Counted from the first letter of the stretch, positions 39,513 to 51,398 are shown. The stretch is 64,000 nucleotides of DNA from Amoeboaphelidium protococcarum X5 (GCA_023515725.1 JALDTO010000207.1:175343-239342); one strand, 5' to 3'. Notes: generated from the letters alone by a model not told the origin. A program made the numbers and translations.

Positions 39513-41015
39513 ATGAGCAACAGCGGTAGTAAAAAGAATTCGTTTGCCGGATTTAATAGTAGTGCTGATCCTCGACTTATGGTGTAATAATCGCAATAGT
39601 AGATGCAGCAGTAGTAATCCTAATTGAAAGCACCTTTGTAATAGCAACAGCAGCAATAATCGTATGGTATGTCTGATTATGGCTATTATTCCTACGATGG
39701 TCAGCTATAGTAATAATAATAGCAGTAGCAGTAGCCGTATTAGCCTCAGCAATCATCTTTTGCAATGGAGTAGACATATGCCAATATATCGTCTTTCGCA
39801 TAACAACCGAAAGAGTTCAAGCTGTAGTCTGAAGATTTCCCTGCATTGTCATCTACTGCATCTAATGCGAATGCTAATGCTGGCAATAACAGCTCTTCTT
39901 TGAATGGCTCTCAATTGTCTTAGTAACGAGGTAGATAGAATACAAAGTTTTCAGAGACTAGTGGTGGTAGTGGCAGGGGTGGACAAAGTAAATCTACATG
40001 GAATGGTTCTGCTATCATCTCAAAGTCACAGTAATAGCAACAACAATAATAACAGTAGTAGTAACAGTAGTAGTAATTGCTTCAGTAGTAACAACAATAA
40101 TAGTAGCAATAGTAGCAATTGAAGTAGTAGCAGTAAATGTCTTCACAACAGTCGCATTAAATGTCCTAATCGTCGTCCCAGTCTGTCGGTAATGGTAATG
40201 GGAGTAGTGTCGGCGCTGTGGATAATAGTTCGCTTACTTCGGATAGATTTGGTTTGATTGGTTTACTTGGTGTTATCAGGATGACTGATGCGGATTTGAA
40301 TACTTTAGCTCTTGGTACTGATTTGACTACTCTGGGTCTAGATCTGGCTGCTGATTAGACACTTAGTTAGTCATTTAGTGGTGCTATACATTCGGACGTG
40401 GTTCTTGATAAAGTTATTCTCAATCCTGATGGTAAAGTAGCCGGACTTCCGTATTGCTATCAATTTCCGCTCAGTTCAGATTCGCAATCCGTGAAATTTG
40501 CCAGCTTAAGTGAAGATTGTCTATTCTATGTGTTTTACACTTGCTGTCGAGGAAATGTCAAGTCACTGCAGTTGTGTGCCGCTAGCGAACTTTATGCGCG
40601 ATCATGGAGATTCTAACGGCAGCATCAGGTGTGGATCTATCATGGCAGTCAAGATTAAAAATTGGAGGAAGCATTCGTCTGGGATGTCGCGTCATGGAGT
40701 AAAGTTGGTATTGATGCCACAGTGATTGATCTATCTGATTGCCTGCCTGTGGAAATGTTTCGAAAGATTCAGAACCGATCGGGCGCGTCAGTTCATAATC
40801 TTGCACGCGGCGAAAGTAATGCTAATAACAGTAATAATCGCGGCTCGACTCTTCTTGGCGCGGACAATGAGAAAGTGAGCAGCGACGCGACGTTGAATCA
40901 TCGGTCCGCCGTGAATTCAACGCTCGGCTCAGTGGTTGGTCTAGGCGGTGCTAGCAGTGGTAATATAGGCAGTAGATATGGGGAAGATGGCATAATATCT
41001 AGATAGAACCTTTGA
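39513..41015 (+). CDS. NOT2: CCR4-NOT subunit Not2 with polyQ N-terminus
   Basis: DRFGLIGLLGVIRM, LALGTDLTTLGLDL, LPYCY, LSEDCLFYVFY, AASELYARSWRF. Confidence 0.9.
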
Positions 41016-41162
41016 TAAATATACATGCTTCTATATTATTATAAAGATCTTGAAAATTCTTTTTAGTTTCCAGCTTGGTGTTATTAGTCTGAGAACTCAC
41101 ATTACATTCAACCATGGTGTCACGCGCGAACTGATTCATCGTTCCAAGGGGGGACGATATAA

Positions 41163-41921
41163 TCAGGAAATAAAGTCTTGGCTCTTTTTACTCTGCACTT
41201 TACACCTTTATCGATTTAAACACATAAGCATTAATATCTCTGAAAATGGCATCAAACGGAAATGGTAATAGTGGGACTCCTCCTCCTTAGTACAGTAGCG
41301 AGTAGAAACTGTATCCAAACGTGGACAACAATGTGGCTTAACATAATCCTTCATCATCCAATCACAATTAGCCCTCTGCACCTCCTCAAGCTCATATGAA
41401 TTCACCTCAGGAATATAACACTTATAATAATAACAATCATCATCCTGTTAATGGCGGTCAGAATAGTCAATAGAGTAATCAAGGGGCTTTGATTTAGAGT
41501 CCACCTGCCGCAGCTGCTCATCTTAACAATAATCAGCATCAGAATTACAACAACAACAACAACAATCAACCAATCGTGACTAACAATAAGTAACAAGAGG
41601 TAAAGTTGCGCAAGTAGAAATTGGGAGATTAGCCAACAATTGTCTTCTGTCCCAAGTGTAAGACTAACAGGATGACGCGTACAGTTTAAACTTCTGGATG
41701 CTGCACTTGGCTGGGTTGTTCATTTCTGTCCGTGTTGTGCTGTTGCATGCCTTGTTGTCTGCTTCCCTTCTGTTGTCGCGGTTGCATGGACATTCATCAT
41801 GAGTGTTCTGTGTGTGGCACATCAATTGGTCAATATCACAGAATTTGAGTGTTGAAAGAAGTATGAATACTGTACGCAAAATATCTTTACTTATGAATAC
41901 ATTACTGATTAGTATTGACAT
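41163..41921 (-). CDS. Cys-rich hypothetical protein (start and intron structure uncertain)
   Basis: One frame open for 252 codons with TAR=Gln, includes DCCCCCCN; possible intron at about 41580-41668. Confidence 0.4.
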
Positions 41922-41959
41922 AAAAAAGTATTTTATTTTTCACTCTATTTTATCATTCA

Positions 41960-43765
41960 TCAACGCTGTCGAAGAACCATTACGGTAAATCCAATCAAGC
42001 CTTGAATGAACGTCATAGCTCCGAATACAGTTGTCCACTAGGACACAAAATATTATCGAGTAATTAAACGCCTCCACTTGTTCAAAAAGAATGCCAGTCC
42101 GCCTTTATATCCGACGACATTACCCTGTTCATCATGAATTGGTTAACCTATTACTTTGTTCATGCCGCGTTGTGTTGGAGATGTGAATCTAGTCGCATTG
42201 ATCATCAGCATATCTTTACTTACCAGGGGAATATCAACCTCCAGCTCATCAATCACATCAAGTATGGTGTTGAATGACTTGAGGACATCAGTCTTGATAC
42301 AATCGAAAAAGTTGCCAACCAGAGGTCCAAACACGTCCAGTCGAAGATTTTCAGTCAGAAATCGCTCCGTATCATCAAGAGCCGAGTACACAGTTCCATT
42401 GACTTTGTCTGACAGCTACTAAATAGGCGTAAAAATTTTTGAATTTATGGCATCATTCGTGTCATTTATAGCAGTATTGGCAGACGTGACAATCAAGTAA
42501 TTGAAATCAAATAATGCACTGTTAGTTGCATTAACTTGCCGAGCCATGAAAGCTGTCACTGTATCCTTTGCACGAGGTATGAAATCTTTCTCAATCTAAT
42601 TCAAAGCGTTGAGTTGCATTGACGAGAGTATGAGACCGCCAACTCCAACCATGAATATCAGCACGCCAGGACCATATGCAATGTAGTCTATTAACCATCG
42701 TAGTTTAATACCATAAAAAGCAGATAGATTCAGTTTATCAGCAATAAATTTACTAATGTGTGAAAAGCGCGGTCGTTTGAGACTGTGAACTGCTACTCTC
42801 AACTGATACTCATCACCTGTCAACCAACCGAGATCCATATGCTCGGCAACCCTCTCTTCATAAATTTAGTTTTGAAAATTTATCCACCACATCCTACTTA
42901 ATATGGACACCAATATTATGAGAGCAATAATTCCAAAAAGAGCATACGATATCTGGTTCATTACTCGCGCGCCTTCATCGACCCATGCTAAATCGATGCT
43001 GCAAAACTTCACCTCAACTGGGTCGGGAACATTAAACAACTACGTTGGAATCCTAATGCTTTCATTAAGCTTACGAATCTAATCCTTTATCAATTCGAAT
43101 GGAGTTTCTATGAACTACAATCCTTAATCAACGGCCCAAGTGGAATTTACATTTATAGAAGACAGAGCATCGGCAACTACAGTTGGAATCTAGACATCTG
43201 GTACAGGATTTTGACGCGATGGTAAGACATTTTCATTACCAAAAGCATTAAAGAACCCATTAATACCATTCGTGAATGTATTAGCCACTTTGTTACTCTC
43301 ATTGACCACCGCATTTACAGAATTCTGTAAAAAATTTTGTATGTTTTATGCCTCCTTCTTCAGTAAAAAGATGCCACTATCAATGATGGCTTTCACCAGA
43401 CAAACTACCAGCTTCTTGTATGAGGTCAGCACATAGATTAGAATCTTTTAGAAAAGAGTGACGCCGGCAAGCATTGCTTTTATTGTGAGATTCACAGTCT
43501 ATTGAAACGACCTAACTAAAGCTACATTGGTTTCCACAGCCAGAGCATGAGGTACAGACATGAAATCTGAACTGAGACCTTCTAGATTACTACATACATC
43601 TTCAATATTACTTTTCATACTCCCTATATCTTGATTAAAGTCGACGTAAGCATTATAGAGTTGATACAGCACTAAGAGACAACTAAGCACGACGTGATTG
43701 ATGTAAGCTCTTGATAGTTTGGCCATCAAAGACACAAATGGATAACCATGATTAAATCTAACCAT
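41960..43765 (-). CDS. PRM1: Plasma membrane fusion protein Prm1, 601 aa
   Basis: PFVSLMAKLSRAYIN, CSNLEGLSSDFMSVPHALA, YKKLVVCLV, FCSIDL, LRWLIDYIAY, FFDCI; multi-TM layout matches fungal Prm1. Confidence 0.82.
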
Positions 43766-43921
43766 TTTAACAGTAATAACAATTTTGCATTGAACTAAAC
43801 AAAGATGGAATGCAGATAATGTAATGTAGGAAGAAGGTACAGTATTTAATAATTCAATTCACATCTTGATCACACACAGCCAATCCAATTTCATATCAAA
43901 TGTTCCGATCAAATCCAACTT

Positions 43922-44635
43922 TCAATCCTTGGCCGAAATCTCGTACAAATATAGACTATCACGCACCGCTTACTCGTAAACAGCATTCGATAATATTTAT
44001 TTGACAGAGAACAACTTCCTTAATTTAATGAAGAACTATTTATCCGCACGCCGTCGTTTCTTGTAGCTCATAATACATTTTGGTTTAGTCACAATGCTGC
44101 TTTGATTGATCAGCTAGTTCAATGTGTTTAGAAGAGGCTCAAAGCAGGATTCTAAGTACACGCAGTCAGATATTAGGATCAAATGGACATCCATAGCTTC
44201 ATTCGGAATGATATTATCACCCCACGTGAGTTCTCTTGCAATTAATCGACAACTGTCAGAGTGAAATTTGAAATTATCATCAATGTTCTGTTACAGCAAT
44301 GGGATTGCGCACGGAAGATCAGTGAGAATGACACGCTCACACAACTCGGTATACAATGAATACGCGTACATCCCAACAACACCAGTTCCACTACCCAGTT
44401 CTAGTATTCTTATAGGTTCTGATATGGAAGTTGTTTCTATATTCTCCAAATAATAACAAAGCAATAAAGCAGCTTCCCAAACTATTCCGGCACATCCAAT
44501 TGATCTATCAGTGAATAAAGCAATCTTTTCATTGACTCTCCTGGCGACTTTTGTAAGCTCTAACGATGAAATACAATCCCACTAATTCTCCTCCTATCTC
44601 CCCTCTACAAGCTCAATTGAACTTATATCGTTCAT
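43922..44635 (-). CDS. METTL21/Efm6-type protein lysine methyltransferase (family 16)
   Basis: GCAGIVWEAA, ILELGSGTGVVG, LTDLP, LTWG, SDCVYLESCFEPL, YKKRRRADK. Confidence 0.9.
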
Positions 44636-45002
44636 CTTACTACTGATATTAATCAAATAATACGCCAATTATTGAACTAGTGTACAGTAGGTAAATTATA
44701 TGAAGCCCTGTTAGTAAGTGACAATGGCGCGTTCCAAGTCTCTTCTCATCCGTCTGACTTTAAAACTCCGCTATGCAGTTTCTTTCTCTCTCTCTCTTTC
44801 CCTTTCTCCAGTCAGCGCAGAGGCCGTTCAAACTTTGCTCTGGTTTTGTGATATTCTCAAGCGTGTTTCTCTCTCTCTTGCTCGTTCTGCTCGTCCTTTC
44901 AACAAGCGTTCATTCAGTTCTTCAACTTTGCTGTTCAGTACAACTATATCTACAAATTTTTAGTATAATACATTGAGTAGCTATTATTTTTAAGAACGGA
45001 AA

Positions 45003-46223
45003 ATGGAAGAAGTTAAATAACTGTATTAGCGCAAGTTGTATCATCAGTTCACTGTCAAGCTGTTAGAGTTTATCAAGTAGAGAGGTGGCGCTGGTGTCGG
45101 ATAGGATGTGGTTGCAGTCTTTGAACAGATGGTTCAACCTGCATACACTCAGATGAACAAGGTATCATACGCTCAGATTTCTGTCGCTGTATCCAAGTTC
45201 TATGCTCAGTCTGATTCCACAAAAGCTATTACTTTCCTAACTCAAGTCGCAGAGAAGTTGTACACTGTTGGTGAAGTGGAACAGGCCAAGACTTAGCAAG
45301 ATGATTAGATGCAATTGGATTCTGGCGACAATAAGCAAGTGAGCCATGATCCTAAAGAGAGCTGTATTGAAGGCTTTATTTTGGTGAGTATGCAAAAGGC
45401 TTAATTTTAGTTGATGTAGAACCAGTTGGCAGAGTGCAAGTCTTCTATGGAAACGTGTGCTTCTTTACTTGAGAAACTGCCCGTAGTTGAGCCTTTTATC
45501 AATGAAGCCTTTTATAGAGTGTCTGCTGATTATTACAAGAGCAAGGCTGACTACGGACTGTATTATAAGAATGCCCTACTATACCTGGCCAGTGTCAATC
45601 TGAATGAACTGCCTGATGCTGACAAGGCTTCTCGTGCTTTCGACCTCTCTATTGCAGCTCTATTATCCGAAGATATCTACAACTTTGGTGAATTGCTTCT
45701 GCACCCTGTTCTTGGCTATCTGAAGAGCCCGCAATCTGCCAAGAGCACTCCGTCCAATACTTCGACTAATGAGTGGCTATTCAACTTGCTTCATGTGTTC
45801 AATCGTGGCGATATCAAGTAGTTTGATGAGTTGAGCAAGTAGACTGGCAATTTCTCTTCAGTTGTCGGTCTGAAAGATTTGCTCGGTGTCAATATCGTTG
45901 CTTTGAGGCAGAAACTGTGTCTGATGAGTCTTGTAGAAGTTGTGTTCAAGTCTGGCGGTGTCCAAATGGGTGTCAAGGGTAAAGTGTTGCCGTTCGATGT
46001 GATTGCCGCAGAGACCAAGTTGCCGATGAATGAGATTGAGCATCTGATTATGCGCGCGCTCTCACTCCAAATCTTGAAGGGAAGAATTGATCAGGTCAGT
46101 GGTGTGCTGATGGTTGAGTCTGTGTAGAACCGCGTATTGGACATGTCTTAGATCGAGAATCTCAAGAAGCAGATTGATCAATGGAGTTCTCGCGTTGTGA
46201 CTCTTGTCTCTGAAGTTTAATGA
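45003..46223 (+). CDS. RPN9: 26S proteasome lid subunit Rpn9/PSMD13
   Basis: RKLYHQ, YYKNALLYL, AALLSEDIYNFGELLLHP, LRQKLCLMSL, EHLIMRALSL..GRIDQV. Confidence 0.95.
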
Positions 46224-46580
46224 ATTAATACCACTGTATGATACGGTGAAAATAGGTGTATATTGCACTTTTTCTCAATTGTTAGTACTTCTTTTTTTAA
46301 TCTTCTAATTATCATTTTTTCATTTAAACCATCATAATGTATTGAAGTAAATTTAGAATGGACTGGTTTTAATCAGCTGATAGATAGTGCAGGCCCCTTA
46401 CAAGCAAGCACTTCAAAAATCATAAGCCTTTATTGATCTCCGCGTTTGTTGATTTCTTGGCTTGTAATATGGTAATACGGGTACTCGGAAAAAATGTAAT
46501 ATCGCGGCCGACCGAAGGTCGGGGGCGATTGACGTAATATGAGAAATTAGACAAGAAAGTATGCTTAATTGTTAGGTGGG

Positions 46581-46683
46581 TCACTGAGCACAGCAGTGAG
46601 GACACCAGAAGATTTGGATACACAGTCCTGATGGGAAACACAGCCCGGATGAGCATACAAGCTCGGAGAGAAGACACAGCTTC
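46581..46683. repeat. Array of five short hairpins with conserved ACACAG-like loops
   Basis: TCACTG-agcacag-CAGTGA, GGA-tacacag-TCC, GGG-aaacacag-CCC, GAGC-atacaa-GCTC, GAAG-acacag-CTTC. Confidence 0.7.
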
Positions 46684-46861
46684 CATTACTATTTTATTCA
46701 CTCATAATATTCACTAAATTCATGTTCATTGATTCTATGGGAAAGAGGCGCGTCTCCTTGATCACTCCTTGATGAACTCAACTCTGACAACCTTCGACAC
46801 ATTCCACTCGTCTAACATTAATCATTTGAAGCGTCCATGAGCATTCTTAGCTTGGCTCCGT

Positions 46862-49800
46862 TCACGACGCAGATGCTTTGCGCTGACGTTCATATCTCTT
46901 GCTGACTTTTTTATATGTTGATCGGCGATACTACACCTGCTCTTTACTGAGGATACGAGCAGCTTCGCAAGACTTTCCACCATGACCATTGGTGTAGATA
47001 TTACAATTAACCATCAGTCGTGCTTTCCAGCATACGCTGCAGACTTGAGATATTGCAGCATCTTTTAAATTACTGTGAAGATCTAATTCACTGGAGAAAC
47101 CATTTTCGGAGGTGTACACACTCTATGCATCACATTGTTTCAGCATTTCAGTTAGATTGACCGAAAACTGTTGAGCAATTGGGCCATTCTCAGTCTAAAT
47201 AATCTCCTCCGTGATGTAAGTCAACGGGCGCCCTTCACGTGCTTCATATTAAGTGTGAGCCTGTTGATCCAAGACCGCATCATCATCTCCACGAGTAGGA
47301 TACTATGTATGAGCCAACTAATCCAAACCGTTAGCATCAAGCGAATCCTGCAACGGTAACAAAGGATCACTTCCACCAAAATCATTATGCCCCAATTCTG
47401 GTAATGGGTCAAAAATTGATTCCAAATTTACCCCATCAAGCAAACTTTACAAATTATCAGTCTATAACTGATCATTATGTGATGGCGCCATCTGAATATT
47501 GACACAAGAACAATCACCACAGCGTAAGAAAGTCTACGTCTCAACAGACAGATGCTAATTACATGGAGACAAACGCAAAGCAGTGGTATCGTCAGTTGAT
47601 GGCAAAGATTGTTAGCTATTTAGCCCCACTTTAGAAGACTCACCACGCATCTGAAAGGGTATATTCACTTTAGAAGAGTCAGTTAAATGAGCTTAAAGCT
47701 GTGAAAGCTGAGCTTTATATGGCTCAAGTGCATACTTAGCTCGAAGCTTTTTCTCCATTACATCTTAAAAGGCTTTGAGGTGACTGCCAGCTTTAAAAGA
47801 GTAAACGCTCTAAAGCTCTTTTAATTAACATTCGTCCTCACAATTGCCAATCTTCTCCAATATAGCAGAGTTCCAAAGCTTAGCCATATGGTTGAAATCG
47901 ACCTTCTTTTCTTGATGCTCATGACCGACCGAGAGAATGTCATATAATTGCAGATAAAGAGACAATTCTTGTTCTGATTGCACCGGTCTTGGAATAGAGT
48001 TAATAGAGAATTTTTACATCATGATAGAAGCAGATTTAATATTAGAGAACATTTTGTAATCATCCGAGGTAACTGAGTCAAGCCCATACTCAAATGATGG
48101 ATCTTCGGGTACTACTGCCATTGATTACTCCAAATCCTCACACATCACATCTGAATCCTCAAGCTCGTCCAATGCACGCTAACCATCAAGATATTTCTTG
48201 CAACCAAACTTGATTGATTTAGAAAACTCGCTCACGTCAACTATCCCAAATTCTTAGCATTGAACCTTTGCAAATAATGATTGATTGTCATGGTAAATTT
48301 ACTACAATTGCAACAACAACGACGGATTGAAAACATGATGGACCGGTACAAACCCACATTACTAGGAAGCAGTTAAATTTCTTCTATACACAAAATCCAA
48401 CAGCATAACATCAAACAATTCCGGGCTAATGGAACGGGCTTAGAAAGCGTTATACAAATTCATATGATACCCTTCCTGTTGGCTTGACCCGCGGAAGCAT
48501 TTGTACTATTTAAAGGTATCATCGCTACCGGATTTGATCTCCATATACAACGGAACGCCATCGGGATCCGAAAGACAGCCCTCTTGTACATGCTTCATAT
48601 TCAGCAGATGCTTCTTCATGACACCATCATGAATGAATTCAGAATCAGCTTGACGAAAAATTTACACAACATCATCGACTCTACCAGACAAAACATCAGC
48701 TCTAGGAATCATACGTCTAACACGATTATTGGAGACAAGGTAACTCCGCTTCAACAACTGCTGTAAATCCTAATTTACACCTCTTTTAAGTAGGACTGAC
48801 TTGATGGCAGCCAGATCATCGTCAGAGCAGATGAAGATAGCATCACGCAGCATAGCTGCAAATATAGGGTACATATGACTTTTCTTCGAGACGGGATATC
48901 TTTCCATAAAGTGCCACACATCTAACAGTACTCTCTACTACTACGAATCCTTCTCTGTGAAAAGCGAAGGAAGATACTATTACAAAGTTTCTCGCTCAGT
49001 ACAACATAAATCAGTATAGAACGCAGATGGCCCAGCTTCCCCTTTCATTTCATATCTCGCACGAAGGTCGCTAAATTCTGCCTTAAGATCTTTTAAGCTT
49101 TTACCAGCTACTAACCAATAGCCAATAACCTACCCAAACTCATTTACAAGACTATACAAACCTTCGAAAATCTATTGACTTTTAGATATCGGAACTTTAG
49201 CTGCTTTAAAAGTATGATCTCCCGATAAAACATTCCCGGTAGTAGCGACAATTTACGCATTTTTGAGATCATACTGATCTGACTGACTCTTCAAATAGAA
49301 TTTCTTCAGAGCTTTGGATGACGGAATGACACCGTTGTACTACGACAAGTCATCAAAATCACCAAATGGTTCAATCAAACCAGGATTTTGAAATCGAACG
49401 GCAGACGATATTTTCTTTCTCATATATACAGCAGCGGATGTATATGCCAGATGCTTTTGTTAGTAATCAGTATGAAACATTTCGTTTAGAAGATCAACGA
49501 CTCCTTCAAATGACATACCTTTCATAATCTGCCTATCGAGGAACATCACCAGACCTTTATCCAGTATAGAATTGTCCAACAGGACGCAAGGGAGCTGCGC
49601 TGCGATATGTGCTGGTAAGTACTGAGTTATTCTGTCATCCAGCCCTCTGAATTCCTTGTTGCACAATGAGCACTTATATCTCTTATACATCACATAATAA
49701 GACTGACCAAGACCAACCACTTTTCTCGGCCCAACTGACGACCATCCAGCATGCGTGACTTTGCCATCTACGACACCATGAACAGGACATGGCATATGTC

Positions 49801-50448
49801 TCAATCCCAATCGAAAAAAGAAAACTTCAGGCACCCAGAAGAATACGCTTTCTTTTATGAAATCATCGGGATGTATATCAAGCGACGCCAACAAAGGATT
49901 AGGAGGGTGCTTCCACAAATCCCTCCACAGTAGAGGTTACGCCGGCTGACAATCACAAGGAGCAGACGGAGACTTGGTGGCATTGCACTGAGCACCTCTA
50001 GATCCAGTTCTCTTGATAGCAGCATCAATCTCATCACAATGCTTAACAACCCACCCAGTATTAGCACGCTTCTACCAAACTTTATCAGAAGAGGCCGAAA
50101 CAATAGCAGAAGCAACCACTACAAACAAAATACATATTTAAGTACGTATACGAACAATATTTTACCTGTCGTGTCAGTTGGTGGCTAACAGGGGCTTTAC
50201 ACATTGGATTATGGTTTAAAATGACTGACGAACTTGTTTGCCACTTGCTCATTCTTCTTCTTCTCCTCCACCTTTTTTTGACAATACTCTAAGTGCTTCT
50301 TTTTATTTTGGCGATGATGCCAGCCATGACATATACCACATTTCCAGTCTTTTTTGCCTCTGGAATCATTCTCTTTATCCGTGGAGGCACGCCTTTTACC
50401 ACTAGGTGCTTAGTAGTTATTAATGGATAGACCATTGGTTGAGTTCAT
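46862..50448 (-). CDS. Dada/DUF6729-type DDE transposase, 1179 aa; intron 50119-50165
   Basis: N-terminal CxxC..H..C finger; VFFWVP..CP..GPRKV..YYV..RYKC..C; LSGDHTFK (D1); LVNEFGQV; FYTDLCC (D2); LLDVWH (DxxH); GCLSDP; RGSSQQEGYH (E); DFNHMAKLWN; no in-frame TGA found on checking. Confidence 0.8.
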
Positions 50449-50622
50449 GTTCAGTATTTACCGTATGAGAGATGTACGTTCTAAAAGCAGGCAAGTAAAG
50501 TTAGATAATACAGGCGATAAATCAAAACAATACAATTACTTTTTGGGAGTTAGCGAGTGATATTAACAGACAATGGCTCTTGAGCTTTAACAACACTTGC
50601 CAAGGAGGAGTCAGTCTTACTT

Positions 50623-50718
50623 GCGACACCTAGCTGAGGGATGTCGCCACAATCATCTGTTTCAGCGACGATTGGAGCGACATTTCCTTGATCGTTGTAG
50701 CGACAATTTGCTAGCGAC
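50623..50718. repeat. Cluster of six GCGAC motifs, several within hairpins
   Basis: GCGAC at 50623, 50665, 50677, 50700, 50714 and inverted at 50643. Confidence 0.65.
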
Positions 50719-50849
50719 ATTTGACTGGAAGACATTAACGGTACCCGATTTCTTTCTCGTCGATCATAAGGCTTAATCTTGATCAATTCTCTCTGTATTA
50801 TTTCTGAATCGTTATAATATCACTTCATAAAAGGTCGCAAAATTTTAAT

Positions 50850-51398
50850 ATGAGTGGATAATATCCTGGTGCTGGTTCTAAAGGCGATGCAAACGGCCAC
50901 AATCCACCTCAGTATTCAGAGATTGACGCTAGTAGTCAGATATCATCAAATTAACAAGTAGTGACGAGGCCTCAAACTAATCCTAGTGGTTATGGTTAGT
51001 AGTATCCTTAGTAGTAATGGTCCCAAAATTAATAGAATTACCCATCTGCGCCATAATAAGGCGGATATTAGGCTCCTATTCCACCTGGTAGTCAGTATTA
51101 TAATACTTCTCCGGTATAGTAGCCACAGTATTAATAGTAATAATAATAATAGACAGTCCTTCAGGCTGTAGAACTGACTCCTAATCCGTAAGCTCTATTC
51201 TGTCCATACTGTAAGCAAGTTGTGGTATCTAATGTGCGCACAGAAAGCGGTGCTCTGACGTGGCTCTCCTGTGCCGGGCTCACCATAATCGGCTGTATTC
51301 CGTGTTGCCTCATTCCATTCTGCGTGTAATCTTGCCTAAACTCGGAACACTTGTGTCCTCGCTGTGGCTTAAGCATTGGCTATTTCAGAAGATTATGA
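50850..51398 (+). CDS. LITAF/SIMPLE-domain protein
   Basis: PPQY and PSAP motifs; CPYC...hydrophobic segment...IPCCLIPFCV..C....HLCPRC. Confidence 0.92.

Larger units (their letters stand above)
46409..50827 (-). mobile_element. Dada-like DNA transposon without TIRs (boundaries approximate)
   Basis: Transposase ORF plus structured subterminal regions; candidate direct repeats CACTTCA (46409-46415 / 50821-50827) or ATCATAAG (46419-46426 / 50763-50770). Confidence 0.65.

Noticed and set aside
39560-40200. TAG/TAA/CAG-rich tract as a non-coding microsatellite
   Set aside because: It is in-frame polyQ of NOT2.
46386-46422. Sm-site-like ATTTTTG followed by an AGTGC/GCACT stem on the minus strand (snRNA 3' half)
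   Set aside because: No recognisable U1, U2, U4 or U5 5' half at the other junction; too short to support.
46620-46660. Hammerhead ribozyme or RSS/Transib heptamer (CTGATG...GAAA; CACAG)
   Set aside because: The core is CTGATGG, not CTGATGA, with no three-stem junction; no CACAGTG, nonamer or TIRs.
46581-46683. CRISPR-like array
   Set aside because: The unit is only ~18 nt with no long repeats or spacers, no cas genes, and the context is eukaryotic.
50771-50800. U6-like ATACAGAGA on the minus strand near the transposon end (Dada-U6 target idea)
   Set aside because: The match does not extend into AGATTAGCATGGCCCC, and the other flank does not supply a U6 3' half.
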